A DNA stretch of 24,000 bases from Trichothermofontia sichuanensis B231 (GTDB taxonomy: Bacteria > Cyanobacteriota > Cyanobacteriia > B231), in assembly GCF_026240635.1 (NCBI RefSeq), contig NZ_CP110848.1:2785741-2809740 (forward strand), given 5' to 3'. Below are positions 9,621-18,384 of this stretch, one piece after another. The notes under the pieces are model-generated. The model worked only from the letters and a program-made list of their open reading frames with translations. It ran no database searches and had not been told where the DNA came from. Position 1 is the first letter of the stretch. Every line of letters starts with the position of its first letter. Position numbers and translations under genes: made by a program.

Positions 9621-9963
9621 AAAGCCACAACGACAGGCAGACCTGATCGCGCATCGGTGAATCGATCCCCGCATCTTGTCTGTATCCTGCCCTTGTGGCA
9701 ACGCGCAAAACGTTAACCGGTACTTCGTCAAGCGAGCAGGGCACCCCGCGGCTAGTAGCTATCCCCTAGTTAGGTCTAACACCTTGCCGACCTAACACGC
9801 CCAGTCGATAGACACGCCCGCTAAGCGGAGCCAACCCTGCGCTCGCTAACCTGTCAGGCTGAGTCGCGATCGCAAATGTTTTGCTGAAAGATTTTCTAAT
9901 TTTTCTCAGACACTCGCTCAGCCTTAAGGCTGAGCCGCGATCGCATCCCGGCTGAGTGACAGC

Positions 9964-10299
9964 TTAGTAACGGCTTTGATTCGGCTTGTGGACAATAAAG
10001 CTGAGCACCTGACACTGCTTGATATTATCGAAGCCAACCACCCGCACAAAACAGTTGGAATATTCCGTGCGACAGGCGCGGATTTCCGCTAACACCTCAT
10101 CGGTCGAGCGGGCACCAAACAGGGGCAACTTCCACAGCGTCCAGAAGTGCTGCTTCGGTTCGGAGGTTTCGCTAAACTCCACGGCAGGGATATACCCCTG
10201 ATCCAGGATGTACTGGATCTGCCGCGTCATTTGGGCATCGGACAGGGGGGGCAGGTAGGACAGGGTTTCGTAGCGGCGCTCTTTAGGTAGCGTTTGCAT
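9964..10299 (-). CDS. rbcS: Rubisco small subunit
   Basis: Start at the ATG at 10299 ([21 protein letters not shown]...). Canonical RbcS sequence follows ([24 protein letters not shown]). The upstream 27 codons of the ORF are low-complexity 5' leader. Confidence 0.93.
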   Translation of the reverse strand: MQTLPKERRYETLSYLPPLSDAQMTRQIQYILDQGYIPAVEFSETSEPKQHFWTLWKLPLFGARSTDEVLAEIRACRTEYSNCFVRVVGFDNIKQCQVLSFIVHKPNQSRY

Positions 10300-10389
10300 A
10301 ATGTTCAATAACTCCCGAAATCTGAAAACGAAAAAACAAATCCAAAAACAAACCAAAACAAAGGCACACCTCGATCGCACCCCAGGGAG

Positions 10390-10800
10390 TTAACCCTCCG
10401 GGTTAAGGTCTGGGGTATCCGCGTCATCAATGGCTTCCGGATGGGAATTGGCCGCTTGCAGGCTTAATTGGGTGATCCGCTCCAAAAACTGACGGCGGTG
10501 CTCCATATTGGACTGTTGGATGCCCGTTTGCACCATTTCTGGCAGGAAACTGGTAACTTCCTCCGCCAGATGGGCACGCAGGGTCATAATCCGCAACGCC
10601 AATTCCGGGCTGGCCAACCCCAACGCCTCCAGATAGACTTCACCATCCTGAATTTTGTCCTGACCGGAAAACTGACTGAGCCAGATGGCCTGGGGTGGGT
10701 TCGTCTCACTCAACTGGGCAATCACCGTGCGCACGGCCTGGTAGGTCAGATAGCTCATCAGGACCTTCGCCGTATCCTTGGCAATTTGCTTTAAGTTCAT
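10390..10800 (-). CDS. rbcX: Rubisco assembly chaperone RbcX
   Basis: Start at the ATG at 10800 (MNLKQIAKDTAKVLMSYLTYQAVRTVIAQLSETNPPQAIWL), with the RbcX signature and its usual position between rbcL and rbcS. Confidence 0.9.
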   Translation of the reverse strand: MNLKQIAKDTAKVLMSYLTYQAVRTVIAQLSETNPPQAIWLSQFSGQDKIQDGEVYLEALGLASPELALRIMTLRAHLAEEVTSFLPEMVQTGIQQSNMEHRRQFLERITQLSLQAANSHPEAIDDADTPDLNPEG

Positions 10801-10880
10801 AGTCCCCACCCCATAAGCATGAAGAACGTCTGGTGAAGGGTGAGTATAAATGCTCCAACCTTCCCATTCTGCATTCAGAC

Positions 10881-12311
10881 TTACAGCGTGTCCATCGCCT
10901 CGAACTCGAACTTGATTTCCTTCCACAGTTCGCAGGCAGCAGCCAACTCCGGTGACCACTTGGCGGCTTCGCGGATCACATCTCCCCCTTCGCGGAAGAG
11001 GTTGCGACCTTCATTACGAGCCTGGATACAGGCTTCCAGCGCCACCCGGTTAGCAGTCGCACCAGGCGCATTCCCCCAGGGGTGACCCAGGGTACCACCA
11101 CCGAATTGCAGGCAGGAGTCATCACCGAAGATTTCCACCAACGCAGGCATGTGCCACACGTGAATCCCACCAGAGGCTACCGGCATCACACCGGGCATGG
11201 AGGCCCAATCCTGGGTGAAGAAGATGCCACGGGCGCGATCGGCTTCAATGTGGTCTTCGCGCATCAGGTCTACGAAGCCCATGGTGATGTTCTGTTCACC
11301 TTCGAGCTTACCAACGACGGTCCCGGAGTGCAGGTGGTCACCACCGGACATCCGCAAACACTTGGCCAATACCCGGAAGTGAATCCCGTGGTTACGCTGA
11401 CGGTCGATGACCGCGTGCATGGCGCGGTGGATGTGCAGCAGCAGACCGTTATCGCGGCAATAGCGGGCCAGGGTGGTGTTGGCCGTAAAACCGCCGGTCA
11501 GGAAGTCGTGCATGATGATCGGGGTGCCAATTTCCTTGGCAAATTCCGCCCGCTTCAGCATTTCTTCGCAGGTGGGGGCCGTTACGTTCAGATAGTGACC
11601 CTTGATTTCCCCGGTTTCAGCCTGCGCCTTTTCGATGGCTTCCTGCACAAACAAGAAGCGATCGCGCCAGCGCATGAAGGGCTGGGAGTTAATGTTTTCG
11701 TCGTCCTTGGTGAAGTCCAGACCACCGCGCAAACATTCGTACACGGCACGACCATAGTTCTTGGCCGACAGACCCAGCTTTGGCTTGATCGTACAACCCA
11801 GCAGCGGACGGCCATACTTGTTCAGCTTGTCACGCTCAACTTGAATCCCGTGGGGCGGGCCTTGGAAGGTCTTCAGGTAGGCAATGGGAATCCGCAGGTC
11901 TTCCAACCGCAGGGCACGCAGGGCCTTAAAACCAAATACGTTCCCCACGATCGAGGTCAGCATATTGGTGACCGACCCTTCTTCAAACAGGTCAAGGGGA
12001 TAGGCCACATAGCAGAAGTATTGATTGTCTTCACCAGGAACAGGCTCAATGTCGTAGCAACGGCCCTTGTAGCGATCGAGGTCGGTTAACAGGTCCGTCC
12101 AAACGGTAGTCCACGTCCCGGTGGAGGATTCTGCTGCCACGGCAGCACCCGCTTCTTCCGGGGGGACACCCGGTTGAGGCGTAACCCGGAAAGCAGCCAA
12201 AACATCGGTGTCCTTGGGGGTGTAGTCCGGTGTGTAGTAGGTCAGTTTGTAGTCCTTTACCCCCGCTTGATAGCCGGCTTTGGACGAAGTTTTAGTTTGC
12301 GCGTAAGACAT
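10881..12311 (-). CDS. rbcL: Rubisco large subunit, form IB
   Basis: 476-aa ORF with the active-site region [16 protein letters not shown] and the C-terminal EIKFEF. It is unmistakably RbcL throughout. Confidence 0.97.
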   Translation of the reverse strand: MSYAQTKTSSKAGYQAGVKDYKLTYYTPDYTPKDTDVLAAFRVTPQPGVPPEEAGAAVAAESSTGTWTTVWTDLLTDLDRYKGRCYDIEPVPGEDNQYFCYVAYPLDLFEEGSVTNMLTSIVGNVFGFKALRALRLEDLRIPIAYLKTFQGPPHGIQVERDKLNKYGRPLLGCTIKPKLGLSAKNYGRAVYECLRGGLDFTKDDENINSQPFMRWRDRFLFVQEAIEKAQAETGEIKGHYLNVTAPTCEEMLKRAEFAKEIGTPIIMHDFLTGGFTANTTLARYCRDNGLLLHIHRAMHAVIDRQRNHGIHFRVLAKCLRMSGGDHLHSGTVVGKLEGEQNITMGFVDLMREDHIEADRARGIFFTQDWASMPGVMPVASGGIHVWHMPALVEIFGDDSCLQFGGGTLGHPWGNAPGATANRVALEACIQARNEGRNLFREGGDVIREAAKWSPELAAACELWKEIKFEFEAMDTL

Positions 12312-12914
12312 AAGTTCCTTTCCTGCGAATAGTGCGACTTCAGGTTCAAGGTGTCAGGTGACAAAATGGACCTGCTCCCTCTTGTGATCGATGTTGTGTT
12401 GTGATCGATATCTGATGGCGCGATAGGACAGCAAAGCATCGCTTATGCGCTAAGCGTTACCTTGATCCCATCCCCTCTGCCAAGCATTCCAGGGCGATCG
12501 CCTTGAATGGCTGACTATCGATGCAAAACAGAATGCCAGCTTTTACTAGGTCAACCAAATTTCATTGTCGTTAAGCTGTCCGATCTTAAGAATATCAGTA
12601 ATGGCATTCTGAAAGGTTTAGTTTTTTCAAGCCAGTGAATAAGTTTGATTTATTTTCAAGCAGTCTGATTGTGCACTCAATTTTATATGTACCTGTTGAA
12701 TAAAATTTAAATTTTTGTCAAGTTTTATGAGAAATATGTGACGTGACCGGCGCTGAGGGGGGGTAGGGGGGAGGGGTAAGCGTGTTAGTTAGCAGACCGG
12801 GCACGTGATCGGTCTGGCAGGTCGGAGTAGCGGTTCAACTTGAAAAATTTGACGAATTATGCCTTTATGGCAATACTTTGGGCAGTAGAGAAGAGTAGCC
12901 ACCGAGAAACGATC

Positions 12915-14036
12915 ATGCGCCCTGCCTTTTGGTTTCGTCTGGTTCCCCTGCTGACCCTGCTCAGCGTGATCTTTGCACCCATCGGTCTGGCTCAGGTGCG
13001 GGAACGGCGACCCACTACGGCCCCTCGGGTTACGCCTGATCCGTTCAACGAGCAGGTGGAATCGACCACGATTTTTAGTCCTGACCCACCACCACCGGGG
13101 ATTGATCCGCTGCCCCCGGAACGGTTGCGTCTGGAGCCGGAATCGTTGGGGGTTGATCGCCGCATCAGTGCTCTTTATCCCGATGCCCACCGGGGGGGTC
13201 TCTGGGTGGCTTCCTGGCAGGGGTTAGCCAAAATCAGTCCCCAAACGGGGCGGATCTATGCCCGCATTCATTTACCGAACGTGACGATCGGGGCATTAGT
13301 ACAGGACAAGGTGGGTCGCCTCTGGGTGGGGACCTACGACGGCTTGAAGCGGATTGATCCGCGCACCCAGGAGATTACGGCGCAAAACTTTTTTATGCCC
13401 TCAAATCGGGTGCTTTCCCTACTTATTGACCATCGTGGCTTTCTCTGGGTGGGCAGCGATCGCGGGTTGAGCATGATCAGTCCTGATCAGGGGTTACTGA
13501 TGACGACGCTCCAGGTCTTACCGGGGGTGAGTGCCAATGCCCTCAGCCTTGATCCCGATCGTAACTTGTGGGTTGGCACGCTCGAAGGTTTGGTCAAGGT
13601 GAACACGGCCAATGCCTATATCCTGCAACGGGTCGGGAATTTACCCGGCAGTACAGTTCAGGCGATCGCCTTGAGTCCGCGGGGGGTGTTGTGGGTGGGG
13701 ACACCGAGTGCCTTATTGGAGATCGACTACAAGACGGGCGAAGTGGTGCGCTCAGTGACCGCCTTTCGCAATCGGAATGTGACCGCGATCGGGTTCAATG
13801 GCCGCAACCAAAATCTGTGGGTGGGGACGACCAATGGGTTATTTGAAGTGAATCCCTACAACGGCGCGATCGTCAGCCAAATCCGGGATCTGCCCTCCAG
13901 TCATATTTTGAGCATCACTCCCGATGTCGGCGGCAAAAAACTCTGGGTCGGTACCCGCGAAGGACTCGCCTGGGTGAGCATGACCAGCGATCGGGCCAAA
14001 CCCCATTTAACTTTCAATCAACTCAGCCCCCCCTAG
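12915..14036 (+). CDS. secreted 7-bladed beta-propeller protein (two-component-regulator propeller / Reg_prop-like repeats)
   Basis: Start at the ATG at 12915 gives a signal-peptide-like N-terminus (MRPAFWFRLVPLLTLLSVIFAPIGLAQ), then a Pro-rich linker. Seven repeats follow, each of the form xxLWVGTxxGLxxIxxxxGxI. There is no kinase or DNA-binding domain. Confidence 0.75.
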   Translation: MRPAFWFRLVPLLTLLSVIFAPIGLAQVRERRPTTAPRVTPDPFNEQVESTTIFSPDPPPPGIDPLPPERLRLEPESLGVDRRISALYPDAHRGGLWVASWQGLAKISPQTGRIYARIHLPNVTIGALVQDKVGRLWVGTYDGLKRIDPRTQEITAQNFFMPSNRVLSLLIDHRGFLWVGSDRGLSMISPDQGLLMTTLQVLPGVSANALSLDPDRNLWVGTLEGLVKVNTANAYILQRVGNLPGSTVQAIALSPRGVLWVGTPSALLEIDYKTGEVVRSVTAFRNRNVTAIGFNGRNQNLWVGTTNGLFEVNPYNGAIVSQIRDLPSSHILSITPDVGGKKLWVGTREGLAWVSMTSDRAKPHLTFNQLSPP

Positions 14037-14099
14037 TCCAGTCCTTAGGGGTGTTCTTCGTGTCCTTGGTGTCTTTGTGGTTTTCCGCCCCCCTCATCC

Positions 14100-15032
14100 T
14101 CACTCACCTTCCCCCGCATGGTACGAACTCCGCACCAACGGCCCCGATCGCACCTGGCTAAACCCCAAATCACGAGCTACCCGCCCCAAAGACTCAAACT
14201 CCGCCGGCGTCCAATAGCGGCGCACTGGCAAATGGCGCAGAGAAGGTTGTAAATATTGCCCCAACGTCAGGCGATCGCAGCCCACCGCCCGCAAATCCTG
14301 CATTGCCTCAATCACTTCCGCCTCTGTTTCCCCATGCCCCAACATCAGACCCGATTTGGTGGGTATCCCAGGATTGATCTGCTTAACCAAAGACAAGACC
14401 CGAAGCGAGCGATCGTAACTAGCCCCCCGCCGCACAGGCCGCTGAAGCCGCCGCACCGTTTCGATATTGTGGTTATAGCAAGCCGGTGTCGCCGCCACCA
14501 CCGTTTGCACCCGATCAGCCTGGGCTTGTGCCGCCAGAGCGCGATCGCCATACCCCCCCCAGAAATCCGGCGTCAGCACCTCAATCTGGGTCTGGGGATT
14601 GCGCTCGCGAATCGCCGCGATCGTCGCCACAAAGTGACCCGCCCCCTGATCCGGCAGATCATCCCGCGCCACCGCCGTCAACACCACATACCGTAGCCCC
14701 AGAAGGTGGACTGCCTCAGCAATTTTAGTCGGCTCATCAGCATCTAAGGGCATTGGCGCGTGTCCCTTATCCACCTGGCAGAAGGCGCAGGCACGGGTAC
14801 AGGTTGGTCCCATTAATAAAAAAGTTGCGGTTCCCTGGGCATAGCATTCTGCCCGATTGGGACAGCGCCCCTCCTCGCAGATGGTGTGGATCTGGCGTTG
14901 CTTGATAATCCGCTGCACCGTGGACAGAGCGCTGGCGCGACCGAGCGGGCGTTTTAACCAGGGGGGCAAAGGGGTTGTTGGGAGGGCCGTTGGCGATCGG
15001 GTCTCTTTAGCAGGCGATCGAGAGACGGTCAT
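14100..15032 (-). CDS. lipA: lipoyl synthase
   Basis: Radical-SAM cluster motif CTRACAFC plus the auxiliary cluster motif [12 protein letters not shown], and the C-terminal RSSYHA. Start placed at the ATG at 15032 (MTVSRS...). Confidence 0.9.
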   Translation of the reverse strand: MTVSRSPAKETRSPTALPTTPLPPWLKRPLGRASALSTVQRIIKQRQIHTICEEGRCPNRAECYAQGTATFLLMGPTCTRACAFCQVDKGHAPMPLDADEPTKIAEAVHLLGLRYVVLTAVARDDLPDQGAGHFVATIAAIRERNPQTQIEVLTPDFWGGYGDRALAAQAQADRVQTVVAATPACYNHNIETVRRLQRPVRRGASYDRSLRVLSLVKQINPGIPTKSGLMLGHGETEAEVIEAMQDLRAVGCDRLTLGQYLQPSLRHLPVRRYWTPAEFESLGRVARDLGFSQVRSGPLVRSSYHAGEGE

Positions 15033-15368
15033 GATAGGGGGGATCCTCGTAGCAGTATCACAGAAGCTGGGCAAACCCGATCCAGGTGAGGCTTCTAAAC
15101 ACATATTAAAGAGTCAAGCTCTTGAGTAGAGGCTCCCTACCGCCCATTTTTTAAACCTGGCCCCATTTCCTAAACAGGATGGTTAGAATTGGTGGGGCAT
15201 TTGGTAATGCCTGTTAGGATCGTCGGTGCAATACTGATGCGCCTCCCAAAAGCTAAAATGCTGGCAAGGGGTCTGGTTCAAGGGTTTGGGGTCAAGGTAA
15301 CCTCAGCGTGGACCTGATAAAGAGATCAGTACAGTGCACAGTTTTGACCATCAGCAGAGGGTTTCGGC

Positions 15369-15929
15369 GTGGCGACACATAAAATCCTGGTTATTGATGA
15401 CAGTCGCGTCATTCGCATGCGGGTACGGGAAATGTTGCCGGAGGGCGACTTTGAAATTCTGGAAGCCAAGGATGGGGTGGAGGGCCTCAACCTGATTAAC
15501 CAGGTGCATCCGAATTTGATTATGTTGGACTTCCTGCTTCCCCGCATGAGTGGTTGGGAGGTTTACCAACAGATTCAAAGCCATGCGGACCTACAACTCA
15601 TCCCCTTAGTGCTCATGTCCGGGCGTAAGGAAGAGGTGACTGAAAAAATCCCGGAACCCTTTGAGCATTTTGAGTTTATTGAAAAGCCGTTTGAACGCAA
15701 GGCCCTCATCGAAGCCATCCGGGAGGCCATGCGCAAGGCGTCAGAGTTACGTCGCCAGCGCGAGCGCGAAGCCGCTGCCGCCGCGCCAGTGGCAGTGGGA
15801 ACAGGAGCATCCGCAGATGTACAAGCGTTAACCCAGCGGATTGAACACCTAGAACAAGAAGTCGCCACGTTGAAGAAGCAGATGGGACAGTTGTTAATGT
15901 TTATTAAGCAGCGCCTAGGCAGCAAATAA
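15369..15929 (+). CDS. CheY-like response regulator with C-terminal coiled-coil tail
   Basis: GTG start. The receiver domain has the DD pair (VIDDS), the acceptor Asp (IMLDFLLP), the Ser of LMSG and the Lys of EKPF. The C-terminal 60 aa are Ala-rich then heptad-like (LTQRIEHLEQEVATLKKQMGQL). No output domain is present. Confidence 0.85.
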   Translation: MATHKILVIDDSRVIRMRVREMLPEGDFEILEAKDGVEGLNLINQVHPNLIMLDFLLPRMSGWEVYQQIQSHADLQLIPLVLMSGRKEEVTEKIPEPFEHFEFIEKPFERKALIEAIREAMRKASELRRQREREAAAAAPVAVGTGASADVQALTQRIEHLEQEVATLKKQMGQLLMFIKQRLGSK

Positions 15930-15938
15930 GCGATCGGG

Positions 15939-16508
15939 TTAGTCTAGGTCCCGCCGTCCCTCTAACGCACGGGCTAGGGTCACCTCATCGGCATATTCCA
16001 GATCTCCCCCCATCGGCAGACCAAAGGCAATCCGAGTCACGCGGGTGAAGGGTTTGAGCAGGTGGCCGACATAGAGGGTGGTTGTTTCTCCCTCAACGCT
16101 GGGGCTAATTGCCAGAATCACCTCTTTAATCTTGCCCTCGCTAACCCGCCGGACTAACGGTTGCAGGTTAAGCTGCTCTGGGCCAATGCCATCCATCGGC
16201 GAAATGACCCCGCCCAAGACGTGGTATTTACCCCGGTATTCGCGGGTGCGTTCTAGGGCGATCACATCGCGGGAATCGGCGACGACGCAGAGGGTTTCAC
16301 TATCCCGATTGGGATTACGACAGATTTCGCATACGGGTTCCGCCGATAGGTGAAAACAGACAGAACAAAGCCCTACCTGTTGCTTGGCCTCCACCAGGGC
16401 TTGGGCGAGGGCCTGGATCTCAGTCAGGGGCCGTTTGATCAGGTAGAGGGCTAGCCGTTGGGCGGTTTTAGGACCAATCCCTGGCAAGCGTTGCAATTGC
16501 TCAATCAA
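15939..16508 (-). CDS. recR: recombination protein RecR
   Basis: HhH motif [13 protein letters not shown], zinc finger CSVC...CEIC, and a Toprim region. The first canonical start is the TTG at 16508, but the conserved N-terminus (VYTPPLAR) continues upstream to about 16535. See findings. Confidence 0.9.
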   Translation of the reverse strand: MIEQLQRLPGIGPKTAQRLALYLIKRPLTEIQALAQALVEAKQQVGLCSVCFHLSAEPVCEICRNPNRDSETLCVVADSRDVIALERTREYRGKYHVLGGVISPMDGIGPEQLNLQPLVRRVSEGKIKEVILAISPSVEGETTTLYVGHLLKPFTRVTRIAFGLPMGGDLEYADEVTLARALEGRRDLD

Positions 16509-16587
16509 TCGAGCGAGGGGAGGGGTGTAAACCGTGGGTGTGCTCCTTGTCTACACTAGATTGTCTACAGATTGTCTACGTTAGAGA

Positions 16588-17154
16588 TTAAATACCTTCA
16601 AGGGGAACGCCCAAAAAACGGGCCAGTTCCGCGCCTTGCTGTTCAATTTCGGCCAAGGGTAGGGGCTGCCCAACACGGGTCAGGGGGATTTCCCGGCGAT
16701 TTTTGAGCTTCAGGTAGAGGGTTCGCTTTGGATTCAGGCCCTCGCGAATTTCTACCCGGATCGACTGGATATCCTCTAAGGTGCAGTCGAACTCGACCCG
16801 ACGGTTTTTGCCGGGATAGCCCCAGCGCACGATTTGGATTTGATTAGCTTTGCGATCGAAGTGATTATAGCCACCTCCCACATCCCAAGCGATCGCAAAC
16901 CAGAGGTACAGCGCCAAGAGGATTCCCGCTGCACCGTAAAGGCCCATCACCAGTCCCTGCGGTATAAATACCAGTGCCGTTGGGTCAGAAAATGGGAGAA
17001 GATTAACGTGGAGGTAGCTGGAGATCCCGGACAACAGGAAGCCCGTGGCACCCACCGAGATCACCGTTGCCCAGAATAAGTTGCTGAAACGACGGGACCC
17101 CAGCACGGGCTGGTGGAGCACGTCAGTATCTTTAGAGACGGTCTGTGCCTTCAT
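16588..17154 (-). CDS. ycf4: photosystem I assembly protein Ycf4
   Basis: 188 aa with VLGSRRFSNLFWA, two N-terminal transmembrane helices, and the strings GGGYNHFDRK and RWGYPGKNRR typical of Ycf4. Confidence 0.9.
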   Translation of the reverse strand: MKAQTVSKDTDVLHQPVLGSRRFSNLFWATVISVGATGFLLSGISSYLHVNLLPFSDPTALVFIPQGLVMGLYGAAGILLALYLWFAIAWDVGGGYNHFDRKANQIQIVRWGYPGKNRRVEFDCTLEDIQSIRVEIREGLNPKRTLYLKLKNRREIPLTRVGQPLPLAEIEQQGAELARFLGVPLEGI

Positions 17155-17325
17155 AAACTTGACAAATCTGCAAACGAGGTTACCGAACGATATGCCCCCA
17201 GTCCAGTGGCAGGGCGTTTGCCCTTAGATTACGTGAACTTTGTTACGGGTTAGGCGCAGGTTATTCTATAGATATGTTAACTTACTTAGAAACCTCACAA
17301 TTCTGGTATTGCAAGAGGATTTGAC

Positions 17326-18384
17326 ATGACCATTGCAGTGGGTCGTGCGAGTGCCAGTCGGGGATGGTTCGACGTTCTCGATGACTGGCTAAAGCGCGAT
17401 AGATTCGTCTTTGTCGGCTGGTCAGGTCTGCTGCTGTTCCCCTGTGCCTACTTGGCCCTGGGCGGCTGGCTGACCGGAACCACCTTTGTCACGTCCTGGT
17501 ATACCCACGGACTCGCCTCCTCCTACCTGGAAGGCTGCAATTTCCTCACCGTGGCTGTCTCGACGCCACCCGATAGCCTGGGGCACTCCCTGCTGTTCCT
17601 CTGGGGACCGGAAGCCCAGGGCAATTTCACCCGCTGGTGCCAACTCGGCGGCCTGTGGACCTTTGTGGCGCTGCACGGGGCCTTCGGGCTGATTGGCTTC
17701 ATGCTGCGCCAGTTTGAAATCGCTCGGCTGGTGGGTCTGCGCCCCTACAACGCCATCGCCTTTTCGGCCCCGATCGCCGTCTTCGTAAGCGTGTTTTTGA
17801 TGTACCCGCTGGGGCAATCGAGTTGGTTCTTTGCCCCTAGCTTTGGCGTGGCGGCGATTTTCCGCTTCCTGCTGTTTTTGCAAGGGTTCCACAACTGGAC
17901 GCTCAATCCCTTCCACATGATGGGGGTAGCCGGTGTCCTTGGTGGTGCCCTGCTGTGTGCAATTCACGGGGCGACGGTGGAGAACACCCTGTTTGAAGAT
18001 GGCGAAGGGGCCAATACCTTCCGCGCCTTCACGCCGACGCAATCGGAGGAAACCTACTCGATGGTGACGGCGAACCGCTTCTGGTCGCAGATTTTCGGGA
18101 TTGCCTTTTCCAACAAGCGTTGGTTGCACTTTTTCATGTTGTTTGTGCCCGTGATGGGGCTGTGGATGAGTGCGGTTGGCATTGTCGGTTTGGCGCTGAA
18201 CCTGCGGGCTTATGACTTTGTGAGCCAGGAGATTCGGGCTGCCGAAGACCCTGAGTTTGAGACGTTCTACACCAAGAACATTCTGCTCAACGAGGGTCTA
18301 CGGGCTTGGATGGCTCCCCAAGACCAACCCCATGAACATTTTGTCTTCCCTGAGGAGGTTTTACCCCGTGGAAACGCCCTTTAA
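17326..18384 (+). CDS. psbD: photosystem II D2 protein
   Basis: 352-aa canonical D2 (MTIAVGR...[22 protein letters not shown]...[12 protein letters not shown]). Confidence 0.97.
   Translation: MTIAVGRASASRGWFDVLDDWLKRDRFVFVGWSGLLLFPCAYLALGGWLTGTTFVTSWYTHGLASSYLEGCNFLTVAVSTPPDSLGHSLLFLWGPEAQGNFTRWCQLGGLWTFVALHGAFGLIGFMLRQFEIARLVGLRPYNAIAFSAPIAVFVSVFLMYPLGQSSWFFAPSFGVAAIFRFLLFLQGFHNWTLNPFHMMGVAGVLGGALLCAIHGATVENTLFEDGEGANTFRAFTPTQSEETYSMVTANRFWSQIFGIAFSNKRWLHFFMLFVPVMGLWMSAVGIVGLALNLRAYDFVSQEIRAAEDPEFETFYTKNILLNEGLRAWMAPQDQPHEHFVFPEEVLPRGNAL

Noticed and set aside
9917-9934. Perfect 7-bp palindromic hairpin ctcagcc-ttaa-ggctgag downstream of rbcS, considered as the rbcLXS terminator
   Set aside because: On the minus (mRNA) strand it is followed by cgagtgtctgagaaaaa, not a U-tract. 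It is part of a ggctgag/HIP1 direct-repeat cluster, so I cannot support an intrinsic-terminator call.
10300-10380. N-terminal extension of the rbcS ORF (the same issue applies to rbcX 10801-10959, rpsB 7378-7425 and lipA 15033-15104)
   Set aside because: The extensions are non-conserved, partly low-complexity ([11 protein letters not shown]), and precede internal ATGs that coincide with the conserved family N-termini. The rbcX extension would also overlap the rbcL 3' end.
11082-12089. 335-aa plus-strand ORF
   Set aside because: It lies entirely antisense to rbcL, whose identity is unambiguous. The translation is low-complexity (G/V/T/Q-rich) with no motif, as is typical of antisense frames in GC3-biased genes.
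12757-12776. G7-TA-G6-A-G4 tract as a functional G-quadruplex
   Set aside because: It is G4-capable on paper, but the sequence resembles the ggggtgaggg tails of the dispersed hairpin repeats. It is more simply a repeat remnant, and there is no evidence of function.
14256-14696. 146-aa plus-strand ORF (and 14486-14728)
   Set aside because: It is antisense to lipA, with a P/R/H-rich translation. It is a shadow ORF.
17422-18129. 235-aa minus-strand ORF
   Set aside because: It is antisense to psbD, with an R/G/P/Q-rich nonsense-like translation. It is a shadow ORF.
18257-18367. Longest psbC ORF starting at 18257 inside psbD
   Set aside because: Residues before VETPFNSS are not CP43-like, and the frame is simply open within psbD. 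The start is placed at the GTG at 18368, with the ATG at 18332 kept as the alternative.
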